Shown here: positions 20,090-29,455 of the stretch, piece by piece
How positions within the stretch are numbered: the stretch's first letter is position 1
Layout of the letters: each line of letters begins with the position of its first letter
From: an uncultured Campylobacterales bacterium
Lineage (GTDB): Bacteria; Campylobacterota; Campylobacteria; Campylobacterales; QNZT01
Length of the DNA stretch: 64,000 nucleotides
NCBI GenBank assembly: GCA_964443745.1
Contig: CAYUEN010000001.1
Coordinates: forward strand, 905 to 64,904
Direction: 5' to 3'
Program-made: the position numbers and the translations under genes
Notes under the pieces: model-generated
The model's database searches: none
What the model was told of the DNA's origin: nothing
What the model saw: only the letters and a program-made list of their open reading frames with translations

Positions 20090-21676
20090 ATGCCAAAGAA
20101 GAGAATCATCGTATGTGATGCCATTCATAAAAAAGGTTTCGAACTGCTGGAAAACAGCAGTGATATAGAGTATGTCGACGCATCGGATATGCCAAAAGAC
20201 AAACTGCTGGAGATCGTAGGGGAATACGACGTCGCGATCACGCGGAGTTCGACCGATGTGGACGAGAAATTTCTCGAGGCCGCCAAAAATCTCAAAGCGA
20301 TCGTCCGTGCCGGTGTGGGTGTGGACAATGTCGATATCGAAGGATGCAGCAAGCGCGGTATCATCGTGATGAACGTCCCCACGGCCAATACGATTGCGGC
20401 GGTGGAATTGACGATGGCCCATATGCTGGCTGCCGCGAGAAGTTTTCCCAACGCCAACAACCACCTCAAGCTCGATCGCATCTGGAAAAGGGAGAAGTGG
20501 TACGGTATAGAACTCAAAGACAAAAAGCTGGGTATCATCGGTTTCGGCAACATCGGCAGTCGCGTCGGAAAACGGGCGTTGGCTTTCGAGATGGACGTAT
20601 TTGCCTACGATCCCTATATCGATCCTTCCAAGGCGATCGATCTGGGCGTGACCTATACGAAGAATTTCGACGACATTCTCGATTGCGATTTCATCACGAT
20701 TCATACGCCCAAGAACCATGAAACGATAGATATGATTTCCTATGCCGAGATCGAAAAGATGAAAGACGGCGTGCGCCTGATCAACTGTGCCAGAGGCGGA
20801 CTCTACAACGAAGACGCGCTCTATGACGGACTCAAAAGCGGCAAGATCGCTTATGCAGGAATCGACGTTTTCGTGAAGGAGCCGGCGACGGACAACAAAC
20901 TGCTCGATTTGGAGAATATCTCCGTGACTCCCCATCTGGGGGCCAACACCTACGAGTCGCAGGAGAAGATCGCAACGGAAGCGGTGGAGCAGGCGATCAA
21001 CGCCGCGCGCGGCATCAGCTACCCCAACGCCCTGAATCTGCCGGTCAGAGAGAGCGAGCTTCCCGAATTTGTCAAGCCCTATCTCGAACTGGCCCAGAAA
21101 CTCGGCTATCTCGCCGCTCAGATCAATATCGGTGCGATCAAATCCCTCAAAGTCGAAGCCGAAGGAGAGATCGCCTACTATCTGGATTCGCTCAGCACTT
21201 TCGCGTTGGTGGGATCGCTCAAAGAGTCGATGGGAGAGAAAATCAACTATGTCAATGCCGAATTCGTCGCGCAGGAGAGTGGTATCGAGCTACGACATGC
21301 CAGGGCGCGTGAAATCAGCGAATACAAAAACCGTATCGAAGTGAAGGTGATCACCGACGAGAAGAGTATCGAAATCGGTGGTACGATCTTTTCGGATACG
21401 ATCGAAAAGATCATCAACATCAACAAAATCAAACTCGATTTCAAACCCAAAGGTAAGATGATCTTCTTCTCCAACCAGGACAGACCGGGTGTCATCATGA
21501 AGATCAGCCAGATACTCGCCGAAAGGGGAATCAATATCGCCGATTTCAGACTCGGACGCGACAAAAAAGGAGAGGCGCTCGCCGTGGTGCTTGTCGACGA
21601 AGCGGTAGACAAAGAAGTGCTACGGGAGTTCGAGTCTCTGGAAGAGTGTAACTGGGTCTCCTACGCCGTTTTGTAA
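20090..21676 (+). CDS. serA: D-3-phosphoglycerate dehydrogenase (with C-terminal ACT domain)
   Basis: 528 aa with NAD fold GIIGFGNIGSRVG, catalytic region NCARGG, and a C-terminal ACT-like segment. Confidence 0.95.
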   Translation: MPKKRIIVCDAIHKKGFELLENSSDIEYVDASDMPKDKLLEIVGEYDVAITRSSTDVDEKFLEAAKNLKAIVRAGVGVDNVDIEGCSKRGIIVMNVPTANTIAAVELTMAHMLAAARSFPNANNHLKLDRIWKREKWYGIELKDKKLGIIGFGNIGSRVGKRALAFEMDVFAYDPYIDPSKAIDLGVTYTKNFDDILDCDFITIHTPKNHETIDMISYAEIEKMKDGVRLINCARGGLYNEDALYDGLKSGKIAYAGIDVFVKEPATDNKLLDLENISVTPHLGANTYESQEKIATEAVEQAINAARGISYPNALNLPVRESELPEFVKPYLELAQKLGYLAAQINIGAIKSLKVEAEGEIAYYLDSLSTFALVGSLKESMGEKINYVNAEFVAQESGIELRHARAREISEYKNRIEVKVITDEKSIEIGGTIFSDTIEKIININKIKLDFKPKGKMIFFSNQDRPGVIMKISQILAERGINIADFRLGRDKKGEALAVVLVDEAVDKEVLREFESLEECNWVSYAVL

Positions 21677-21682
21677 ACGAGG

Positions 21683-21706
21683 GCGGGAGAGTGACGCTTC
21701 TCCCGC
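21683..21706 (+). terminator. Hairpin after serA
   Basis: GCGGGAGA-GTGACGCT-TCTCCCGC, a perfect 8-bp stem 7 nt after the stop, with no U-tract. Confidence 0.45.
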
Positions 21707-21914
21707 TGAAAGGTTGAAAGATGGATATTCTGGAAGGATCGTTCCACCATTTTTTGGAGTGATTCGCAGAAAGTCCATAAGATTCTGCCGCTGTTTTCAT
21801 AATTTACCGCAACAAATACCTCGTATAACTATTTATAATCCACTTTTCCATAGGACATCGAATGGAGTTTCGTGTTTTAGGGAAGAGATAATGGAGTTGT
21901 AAGTCACCATCATA

Positions 21915-21920
21915 TATAAT
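21915..21920 (+). promoter_or_regulatory. Putative -10 box (TATAAT) for the efflux operon
   Basis: TATATAAT lies 37 nt upstream of GTG 21957. It is part of an 11-mer (ATAATTTACCG) that also occurs at 21799-21809. Confidence 0.35.
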
Positions 21921-21956
21921 TTACCGTTTAGTATATCTTAAGATTAGGGGTTTTGC

Positions 21957-23393
21957 GTGAAAAGAGTAGTCTGGGTGACGGCGTTGTGTACGCTTTTGCT
22001 CCAAGCCAGCGGTGTGAAGCCGTATCGCAATCTGGAGTTGGATGAGGCGCTGCAGATCGCCAAAAAAGAGAATCTCGAAATCAATATCGCGGAATTCGAC
22101 AGACGTGTCGCGGAGCTGGGTGTCAAAGTGGCGACCGGTTACCATCTGGGCAAACTAGACGCGACGCTGATGGGGCTTCGTTCCAACGATGCGGGAAACG
22201 TATTCGGCTTCAAGCTCCAAAGCCGTGAAGCGACGTTTAATGATTTCGGCTTCGATCAGTTTCTGGACGCTTTCGGGCAGGCGATGATCGATCCGACAAC
22301 GGGTATGCCCGGTGATTTCAACACCTTTATGCAAAACTTCGGCAACCCACAGGCCAAGCAGATGTTGCTGGATACGAAACCCGATCGTCTCAACTATCCC
22401 GATGCCCGCAACCATTTCGATCTGAAGCTTACTTACATGATACCGCTTTTTACCGGATTTAAACTAACCAAATACCGCCAGATCGCCAAAATGATGAAAG
22501 AGATGGCCGAAGAGGACAAGAAGAAAGTCGAAGCGGAAAAACTCTATCAGGTCCGTAAGACTTTTTACGATATTTCCCTACTGAGGCAGTTCATCACCGA
22601 TCTGACGACGATACGCGAAAACATCGGCAAGCTCAAAAAAGCGACGATCGAGATGCGTAAGGAGGGTTATGCGAAAAAAACCGACATCCTAGAGGTCGAA
22701 TCGAAACTATCCAACGTCGAGCGTATGCTGCGTCAGGCCAAAGCCAACAAAGAGCTCTCCTACCACTTTCTCAGCTTTTTGCTCAACCATCCCGTCAAAT
22801 CGATTCGGTCGGTGGCGCTGAGCGCGGCCGATTTCCAGATTCCCCTGGAGACGGTATTGGAAAACAATCGCGACATCAAAAAAGCGAAACTCGGCCTGAA
22901 GATCCAATCCAATATGGTAGGTGTGGCGCGTGCGAGTTTTTTGCCCGAAGTGGGGGCGTTCGCGGAGTACGGCAGCAGCGACGACAAACTTTTCAACGAC
23001 TTCAAGGATCATGACCGCTATACCGTAGGGGTACAGGCCAAATGGAATCTTTTCAGCGGCGGTTCGGACGCGGCGAAACTGGAGCAGGAGAAGCTCAAGC
23101 GGCTCAAGGTCAAAGAGCAGGTGGAGTTGGCGAAGAAAGGAATCGCGTTGCAGTATCGCAAAATCAGGACGGAGATACGCAATCTCGACTCCCAGATCGA
23201 GAGTTTGGGGTACGAACTCAAACTCGCCAAAGAGATTTTCTTCAGTTACCAGGAGCGATACAAGGAGGGGCTCGCGTCGATCAACGATGTCGTGATCAAG
23301 CAGTCCCTGCAGTTGGAGAAACTGCTCAAACTCGAAGAGTTGCGCACCAGACGTAACGAAAAAATTCTTGAACTTCATAGATTAGCATATTAG
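21957..23393 (+). CDS. TolC-family outer-membrane efflux protein
   Basis: 478 aa with a signal peptide and two OEP-type repeat halves containing long coiled-coil segments. First gene of the OMF-MFP-RND operon. Confidence 0.85.
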   Translation: MKRVVWVTALCTLLLQASGVKPYRNLELDEALQIAKKENLEINIAEFDRRVAELGVKVATGYHLGKLDATLMGLRSNDAGNVFGFKLQSREATFNDFGFDQFLDAFGQAMIDPTTGMPGDFNTFMQNFGNPQAKQMLLDTKPDRLNYPDARNHFDLKLTYMIPLFTGFKLTKYRQIAKMMKEMAEEDKKKVEAEKLYQVRKTFYDISLLRQFITDLTTIRENIGKLKKATIEMRKEGYAKKTDILEVESKLSNVERMLRQAKANKELSYHFLSFLLNHPVKSIRSVALSAADFQIPLETVLENNRDIKKAKLGLKIQSNMVGVARASFLPEVGAFAEYGSSDDKLFNDFKDHDRYTVGVQAKWNLFSGGSDAAKLEQEKLKRLKVKEQVELAKKGIALQYRKIRTEIRNLDSQIESLGYELKLAKEIFFSYQERYKEGLASINDVVIKQSLQLEKLLKLEELRTRRNEKILELHRLAY

Positions 23394-23401
23394 GAGAAGC
23401 G

Positions 23402-24193
23402 ATGAAAAAATTAGTGGCATTGTGTGTGTTGGGATCGTATCTGTTCGGCGTGACGTTCGACGTTTCCGGTACGGTCGTATCCGACAACAGGAAAATGCTG
23501 ACAAGCCGGTATATGGGATTTGTCAAACAGGTGAACGTCGCCGAGGGCGATAGGGTGAAAAAAGGAGATCTGCTCTACGAGATCGACTCCAAAGAGATAG
23601 ACAGCGCCAAGACACAGGTGGAGTTGGCGATCCAACAGGCTCAGCTTTCACTACAGATGTATATGAACCAATATACCAACGCATTGCTCAATCTTCAGCG
23701 CAACAAGCGGCTTTATGCCAAGGATATCGTCTCCAAGTTCCAGCTGGAGAATCTGCAGTTGGCGGTCAAGAATCTGAAAGATATGATCAAGGTGGCCAAA
23801 AAGCAGGTGCAACAGGCAAAAGCGAGGCTGGAAGAGGTGATGAACCAATACAACTACCTGAAAGTCAGAGCTCCCAACGATGGAGTGATCGTACAAAAGA
23901 ATATCAATGTCGGTGAGATGGCGATGCCGGGAATGCCAGCGATGGTGCTGACGGATTTGAGCAAGCTCAAGATCCAGACCGAGGTTTCGGAAAAGAATCT
24001 TCACTTCATCCGTGTCGGCAAAAAGGTCCATATCGAGATACCGTCGGCGGGTATCAGCGAAGAGGGTACGATTAGCGCGATCATTCCCAGCTCCAATCCG
24101 ATGACCCACACCTTCAAGATCAAGATCAGTTTCGATACGGCCGGAAAAGTGGTCTATCCCGGTCTCTATACCAAAATTTCGATAGAAGAGTGA
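23402..24193 (+). CDS. RND efflux periplasmic adaptor (membrane fusion protein, HlyD family)
   Basis: 263 aa with a signal/anchor, lipoyl-like hairpin GDRVKKGDLLYEID ... VRAPNDGVI, and a coiled-coil in between. Confidence 0.85.
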   Translation: MKKLVALCVLGSYLFGVTFDVSGTVVSDNRKMLTSRYMGFVKQVNVAEGDRVKKGDLLYEIDSKEIDSAKTQVELAIQQAQLSLQMYMNQYTNALLNLQRNKRLYAKDIVSKFQLENLQLAVKNLKDMIKVAKKQVQQAKARLEEVMNQYNYLKVRAPNDGVIVQKNINVGEMAMPGMPAMVLTDLSKLKIQTEVSEKNLHFIRVGKKVHIEIPSAGISEEGTISAIIPSSNPMTHTFKIKISFDTAGKVVYPGLYTKISIEE

Positions 24194-24200
24194 GGTAACG

Positions 24201-25880
24201 ATGCGAGAAGATGAGATTGCGAAAATTCCGGTAACCGATTATGCCGGAAGACTTGCCAAAGCGTTTATCTACAATCCGCTGACACCGATTCTGGCCGTTT
24301 TCCTGCTGGCCGTGGGATACCTCTCTTTGGTGGTGATGCCCCGTGAAGAAGATCCCCAGATCGCGATCAGCGGAGGTACGATCATCGTGCCCCTTCCCGG
24401 TGCCACACCCAAAGAGATCGAAAACGTCATACTCAAGCCGCTCGAGCGAAAACTGCGCGAGATTTCGGGAATCGACCACATCTACGGTGTCGCCGCGGAC
24501 AACGTGGGTATCGTCAACGTTCTCTACAAGATCGGCGAGGATAGGGAGGAGTCCAACCTGAAACTCTACGACAAAGTGATGCAGAATATGGACAAGCTTC
24601 CCAAAGGGGCGATGCAGCCGCTGATCAAGCCGTTCGATATCGATATCGACGTGCCTATATTGACGATCGCCTTCTATCTGAGAGAGGGGTCCAACCTCGA
24701 TCGTGTCGGTCTTTTCAAACGGGTACGCGATATCCAGCATGAAATCAACGCGATCGAAAACGTCTCCAAGACGACGCTCAAAGGCGAGCACAAGCAGCAA
24801 TACAACGTACAGGTCGATTTGCACAAACTCTCCGGGTATCACCTCTCTTTGGGGCAGATCATGAAGGCTTTGCAGTCACTAGCTGTCAACGTACCGGATG
24901 TCAAAGATAGAGTGAAAGATGGTCGCATCGTTTTATTCGGTGTCAAGAACGCCATCACCAGCGTGAAAGATCTTCAAAACGTGATCGTCGCCTCCTATAT
25001 GGGATCGCCCATCTATCTCAAAGATGTCGCGGACGTGCGGGATTCTTACGATATCCAAAACTACAAAAGTGCCGAAATCACCTACAGAGAAGGGCTGGAA
25101 AAGGCGCAGGAAGCGAAGGAGAGAGGAGAGGAGCAGCCGAAGCTCGGATCGTTTCTTCCCAAGCAGGAGCAGATCACGATGACGATTTCCAAACTCAAGG
25201 GGACCAATGCCGTCTTCGTCGCGGAGGGGGTGCTAAAGAAGTTGGAAGCCTATCATAAAGAGCTCAACAAAGAGGGAATCGGCTATGTCGTGACCAGGAA
25301 CTACGGCGAAAGGGCCGACGAGGCGGTCAACGAATTGGTTCACCATCTGATGATCACGATCCTGATCATCGCGATCGTATTGGTGATCGCGCTGGGTTGG
25401 AGAGAGTCGCTGATCGTGACTTTCACCGTGCCGGCGATTCTTGCGGTAACGCTGTTTATCGCATTCGTAACGGGTCAGACGATCAACCGTATCACGCTTT
25501 TTGCGTTTTTGCTGAGTTTGGGATTGCTTGTGGATGCGGCGATCATCGTCATCGAAAATATCCACAGGCATATGCATGCGCACGATGCGGTCGATCGTGA
25601 AAAAGACGAAATCATGATTTCGGCGACGGACGAAATCGGTGCACCGACCAATATCGCCACGCTCGCGATCATTTTGACGATGATTCCGATGGCGTTTGTA
25701 GGGGGAATGATGGGCGAATTTATGAAACCGATTCCGTATAACGTGCCGGTCGCGCTTTTCGCGTCGCTCGTAGTCGCCTATATCTTCACCCCTTATCTGG
25801 CCAACAAGATGCTGAAAAAGCCGAAGATGCACCATCACCACCACCACTTCCAGAAAGAGAACAAAGGAGCCACTTCATGA
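24201..25880 (+). CDS. RND (AcrB/CzcA-type) efflux transporter, N-terminal half (TM1, periplasmic loop, TM2-6)
   Basis: 559 aa with TM1 ILAVFLLAVGYLSLVVMP and a loop of about 330 aa. A TM bundle follows, carrying LLSLGLLVDAAIIVIENI (the proton-relay region of RND pumps). The protein ends ...KKPKMHHHHHHFQKENKGATS. Confidence 0.85.
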   Translation: MREDEIAKIPVTDYAGRLAKAFIYNPLTPILAVFLLAVGYLSLVVMPREEDPQIAISGGTIIVPLPGATPKEIENVILKPLERKLREISGIDHIYGVAADNVGIVNVLYKIGEDREESNLKLYDKVMQNMDKLPKGAMQPLIKPFDIDIDVPILTIAFYLREGSNLDRVGLFKRVRDIQHEINAIENVSKTTLKGEHKQQYNVQVDLHKLSGYHLSLGQIMKALQSLAVNVPDVKDRVKDGRIVLFGVKNAITSVKDLQNVIVASYMGSPIYLKDVADVRDSYDIQNYKSAEITYREGLEKAQEAKERGEEQPKLGSFLPKQEQITMTISKLKGTNAVFVAEGVLKKLEAYHKELNKEGIGYVVTRNYGERADEAVNELVHHLMITILIIAIVLVIALGWRESLIVTFTVPAILAVTLFIAFVTGQTINRITLFAFLLSLGLLVDAAIIVIENIHRHMHAHDAVDREKDEIMISATDEIGAPTNIATLAIILTMIPMAFVGGMMGEFMKPIPYNVPVALFASLVVAYIFTPYLANKMLKKPKMHHHHHHFQKENKGATS

Positions 25881-27550
25881 AATGGCTTGAGAGATTGATC
25901 TACAATATCAACGGATCGGCCGCCAAACGCAGATTGGTGATCTTGTTGACCTTTGTCGCGTTGGGGCTTTCGATCTTGATGTTTCCGACCAAACTGGTTT
26001 TGGCGAAGATGTTGCCCGGAAAGAGTGCGAACACCTATTCGGTCTATGTCGACACCCCTTCGGGCAGCTCGATCACGGAGACAAGAAGAGTAACAGATTG
26101 TGTCGTAAGCATTCTTCAAAAAGAGAAAGAGGTGACGGATGTGGAAGTCTTTCTAGGGCAGGGATCTCCTCTGGATTATGCGGGGCTTGTCAAAGGATCG
26201 ACACTCAAACAGGGCGAGAACGTCGCGGAGATCGTCGTGAATCTGACCAACAAACATACACGTGACGAGCCCTCCTATCTGATGGTACGCCGTCTTCGCC
26301 CCGAAATCCACAAAAAATGCCAGACGCTCAAACCCGGCACTTCGATCAAGATGATCGAACAACCCGCCGGTCCGCCGACGCTCGCTTCGATCGTGGTCGA
26401 AGTCTATGGAAAGCGGGAAGATCGAATCAGGGATATTGCCGCCCAGGTTTCGGATATTCTCAAAAAGACGGACGGACTCGTGGATGTGGATATTATGGAG
26501 GATGAAATTTTCACGAAGTACGAATTGATCGCCGATACCGAAAAGGTGAGCCGATCGGGAATCTCTTTGGAGCAGTTGAACAAGATTCTCTATCTGGCTT
26601 TCGAGGGAATGGCGGTGGCCGTGAAAAATTCGCAAAACTCTCCCGATCAAATTCCGCTTTTCCTGGTATTGAGCAAGGAGACCAAGAGTTTGGATACGAT
26701 CTCGAAAGAGGCGTTGGAGGCGAAACTGACTTCGATGCACCTGATGAACCAAAAAGGTATGATGGTGCCCGTCAACGAACTGGTGGAGATCAGAGAGGTA
26801 CAGAACTATCCGACGATTTTCACCAAGGATCTAAGAAGAATGCTCAATGTTATCGCCGAAACCGATATGGTTTCGCAGGTCTATCCGCTACTTGATGCGC
26901 GGGAGAAGATGATCGAACACTTTTCCAAGGATTTTATCGTCACCAAAGAGCCCGGTATGTCCACCTATATGTTCGATCTGCATCTGCAGGATAAAAAGAC
27001 GGGTGAGAAATTTTTGCTTCGATGGGATGGAGAGATGAAGGTGACGCTCGATACTTTCCGCGATCTGGGCGGGGCATTCATCGCCGCATTGGTGCTGATC
27101 TTTCTGCTGCTGGTGATCTACTACAAGAGTTTCGCGCTCAGCGGTATCATATTGGGAGGCAGTTTCCTTTCGATCATCGGTGTCATCGTCGGCCACTGGG
27201 TGGCGGATCTGGTAACGCGGGATACCTTCTTTCTGACGGCCACCTCGCTGATCGGATTCATCGCGTTGATGGGTATCAGTTCCAGAAACTCGCTGTTGCT
27301 GATCGATTTTACCAAAGCGCTGATGCAGAACAAAGGCATCGAAAAACGAGAAGCCATCGCGATCGCGACGGCCACGAGGGCCAAGCCGATCTTTCTGACG
27401 GCGATCGCGATCATTCTGGGTTCCGCGTTGTTGGCGACCGACCCGATTTTCGGCGGTCTGGGCGTGGCGCTGATCTCCGGTACGGTAGCGGCGGTGATCG
27501 TGTCGCTCGTTTTCGTGCCGGTATTGATGTACAACACCAAAGCACTCTGA
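25877..27550 (+). CDS. RND efflux transporter, C-terminal half (TM7, periplasmic loop, TM8-12)
   Basis: 557 aa with ATG in an ATGA overlap with the upstream stop and AAGGAG at 25864-25869. TM LVILLTFVALGLSILMFP, a large loop, then a TM bundle (ALMGISSRNSLLLIDF). Confidence 0.85.
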   Translation: MKWLERLIYNINGSAAKRRLVILLTFVALGLSILMFPTKLVLAKMLPGKSANTYSVYVDTPSGSSITETRRVTDCVVSILQKEKEVTDVEVFLGQGSPLDYAGLVKGSTLKQGENVAEIVVNLTNKHTRDEPSYLMVRRLRPEIHKKCQTLKPGTSIKMIEQPAGPPTLASIVVEVYGKREDRIRDIAAQVSDILKKTDGLVDVDIMEDEIFTKYELIADTEKVSRSGISLEQLNKILYLAFEGMAVAVKNSQNSPDQIPLFLVLSKETKSLDTISKEALEAKLTSMHLMNQKGMMVPVNELVEIREVQNYPTIFTKDLRRMLNVIAETDMVSQVYPLLDAREKMIEHFSKDFIVTKEPGMSTYMFDLHLQDKKTGEKFLLRWDGEMKVTLDTFRDLGGAFIAALVLIFLLLVIYYKSFALSGIILGGSFLSIIGVIVGHWVADLVTRDTFFLTATSLIGFIALMGISSRNSLLLIDFTKALMQNKGIEKREAIAIATATRAKPIFLTAIAIILGSALLATDPIFGGLGVALISGTVAAVIVSLVFVPVLMYNTKAL

Positions 27551-27554
27551 TTTC

Positions 27555-27578
27555 GACGATGCGGCTATCCGCATCGTC
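27555..27578 (+). terminator. Perfect 10-bp hairpin after the RND operon
   Basis: GACGATGCGG-CTAT-CCGCATCGTC, 5 nt after stop 27550, followed by TT. Confidence 0.55.
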
Positions 27579-27705
27579 TTCCCGCTCTTTGGGGATTTTA
27601 CTTCAAAAAAATCTTGAAATGACGATTTTATAACCACTATCCAACAGATCCGACAAGATGTGTATTCGCAGTCGTTTGGAATCAAAATTGACAGAGGAAA
27701 GTGGT

Positions 27706-29451
27706 ATGGTCGATATCGTTCAATTGCGACAACAGACACAAACACTGCATATACTCTATGTCGAAGACGAGGAGATAATACGGGAGGAGACGAAGGAAAT
27801 CCTCTCCGAACTTTTCGCTTCGGTAGTGTGTGCCGGTAACGGACGGGAGGGAATAGAAAAATACGATGCATTCTACACAGATCATGGTACTCCTTTCGAT
27901 ATCGTACTGACCGATATCAATATGCCGGAGATGAACGGTATCGAAATGATCGCAAAGATTCGTGAAAAGGTCAAGCATCAGATCTTTTTCGTCATTTCCG
28001 CACACAATGAAAGCGAATATCTCTCTCAACTCATAGATCTGGGTGTCCAGCAGTTTTTACGCAAGCCTCTGGAGATCGATCAACTCTTCGATTCACTCTC
28101 CACTACGGCCGCTTCGATCATCAACGAAGAGATGGCAAAACGCTACTATGAAGAGATCGAAAAGGAGAATACGATTCTCGAAGAGAGAGTCAAAGAGCGT
28201 ACTATGGAGCTGGAAAGGCGGCTGTATATCGACCACATGACGGAGCTACACAATCGATACGCGCTGGTCGAAGATCTGGAGCGTCAAAAACTCGGCGCGT
28301 TGATACTGATCGATGTGGATCGTTTTCAATTCATCAACGACCTTTATGGTACCCAGATTGGCAACGAAGTGATCAAACGTCTCGCACAATGGTTGAAAAA
28401 ATTCGTTCAACCCTATGGATATCGCCTCTATCGAGCATCCGGAGACGAATTCGCGATAGGGATCAAACGGGACGAACATCGTGAACGTACATTTTTCGAA
28501 ATTTTCGAATCGAAAATCACCGATGTGAAGTTCTATTTTTCACAGATTGAGGACGAGATCGACGTCGATCTTTCCGTCGGTGTCGCCTGTGGTGGAAAAA
28601 ATCTCCTCTCTGATGCCGATATCGCGCTCAAACAGGCGAAAAAGAGTCATAAAAGAATTCTCTTTTACACCGAATCTACCGATACGGTGAGTCAGATGCA
28701 GGATCTATTGCGTTACAAGCGATTGATCAAGGATGCAATTGCCGAAAATCGTGTCGTTGCGGTTTTTCAACCGATCGTGGATGTTTCCGGCCATATTCTC
28801 AAATATGAAACCCTGATGCGTCTGAAGACGATAGAAAAGGATACGGAGGTTCTTCTGACTCCCTATCACTTTTTGGAGATCGCCGAACAGACCAAACTCT
28901 ATCCACTGCTTTCCAGAGAGATTCTCTCTCAGGCATTGCACGTATTGGAGCGGGAGCCGGTCACACTGAGTGTCAACCTCACCTATCGCGATATTCTCGA
29001 TCGGGAGCTCGATCACTATCTTTATAGACGGATCGAACGCGGGGATTTGGGAGAGAGGTTGATTTTCGAAATCGTCGAAAACGAACAGATCACCGATTAT
29101 GGAGCGGTACGCGATTTTCTGAAAAAATACCGTACGCTGGGAGTGAGGATCGCTATCGACGATTTTGGCAGTGGCTATTCAAATTTCGAACACATTATGC
29201 AGATCGCCCCCGACTACATCAAGATCGATGGCTCTCTGGTCAAGAAAATCGATAGCGAATCACAGGCGAAACTGATGGTGGAGGCGATCGTTCACTTTTG
29301 CAAAAAACTCGGTATTTGCGTAATCGCGGAGTATGTACACAATGAAGCGGTGTTTGAAATATTGCGGAAAATGGGGGTTGGGGAGTTTCAGGGATACTAC
29401 TTCTTCGCACCTCGGCCCACCCTCCAAAGAGGGGCCCCGGTGCAATCTTGA
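27706..29451 (+). CDS. Response-receiver / GGDEF / EAL c-di-GMP signalling protein
   Basis: Lies in ORF 27658..29451. The Met at 27706 (MVDIVQL) is preceded by AGGAAAG. REC domain (ILYVEDEE, DIVLTDINMPEMNG, LRKP). GGDEF domain with an SGDEF variant. EAL domain with ETLMR, EIVENE, DDFGSGYSN and QGYYF. Confidence 0.9.
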   Translation: MVDIVQLRQQTQTLHILYVEDEEIIREETKEILSELFASVVCAGNGREGIEKYDAFYTDHGTPFDIVLTDINMPEMNGIEMIAKIREKVKHQIFFVISAHNESEYLSQLIDLGVQQFLRKPLEIDQLFDSLSTTAASIINEEMAKRYYEEIEKENTILEERVKERTMELERRLYIDHMTELHNRYALVEDLERQKLGALILIDVDRFQFINDLYGTQIGNEVIKRLAQWLKKFVQPYGYRLYRASGDEFAIGIKRDEHRERTFFEIFESKITDVKFYFSQIEDEIDVDLSVGVACGGKNLLSDADIALKQAKKSHKRILFYTESTDTVSQMQDLLRYKRLIKDAIAENRVVAVFQPIVDVSGHILKYETLMRLKTIEKDTEVLLTPYHFLEIAEQTKLYPLLSREILSQALHVLEREPVTLSVNLTYRDILDRELDHYLYRRIERGDLGERLIFEIVENEQITDYGAVRDFLKKYRTLGVRIAIDDFGSGYSNFEHIMQIAPDYIKIDGSLVKKIDSESQAKLMVEAIVHFCKKLGICVIAEYVHNEAVFEILRKMGVGEFQGYYFFAPRPTLQRGAPVQS

Positions 29452-29455
29452 AACG

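Noticed and set aside
21714-21902. 62-aa ORF inside the serA/efflux intergenic region
   Set aside because: It has no SD, and the Cys/Arg/Phe-rich sequence has no recognisable features. The region looks like promoter and terminator DNA. It is kept only as part of the intergenic finding.
25830-25847. His6 tract considered as a possible engineered affinity tag or vector contamination
   Set aside because: It is embedded in the native linker of a chromosomal transporter gene. It uses mixed CAC/CAT codons. There are no flanking vector, protease-site or cloning-site sequences, and the surrounding operon is continuous.
24201-27550. Interpretation of the two RND ORFs as a simple frameshifted pseudogene
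   Set aside because: Not fully excluded. It is disfavoured because the break sits exactly in the inter-repeat cytoplasmic linker. A consensus SD at optimal spacing precedes the second ATG, the stop and start form an ATGA overlap, and both halves appear complete.
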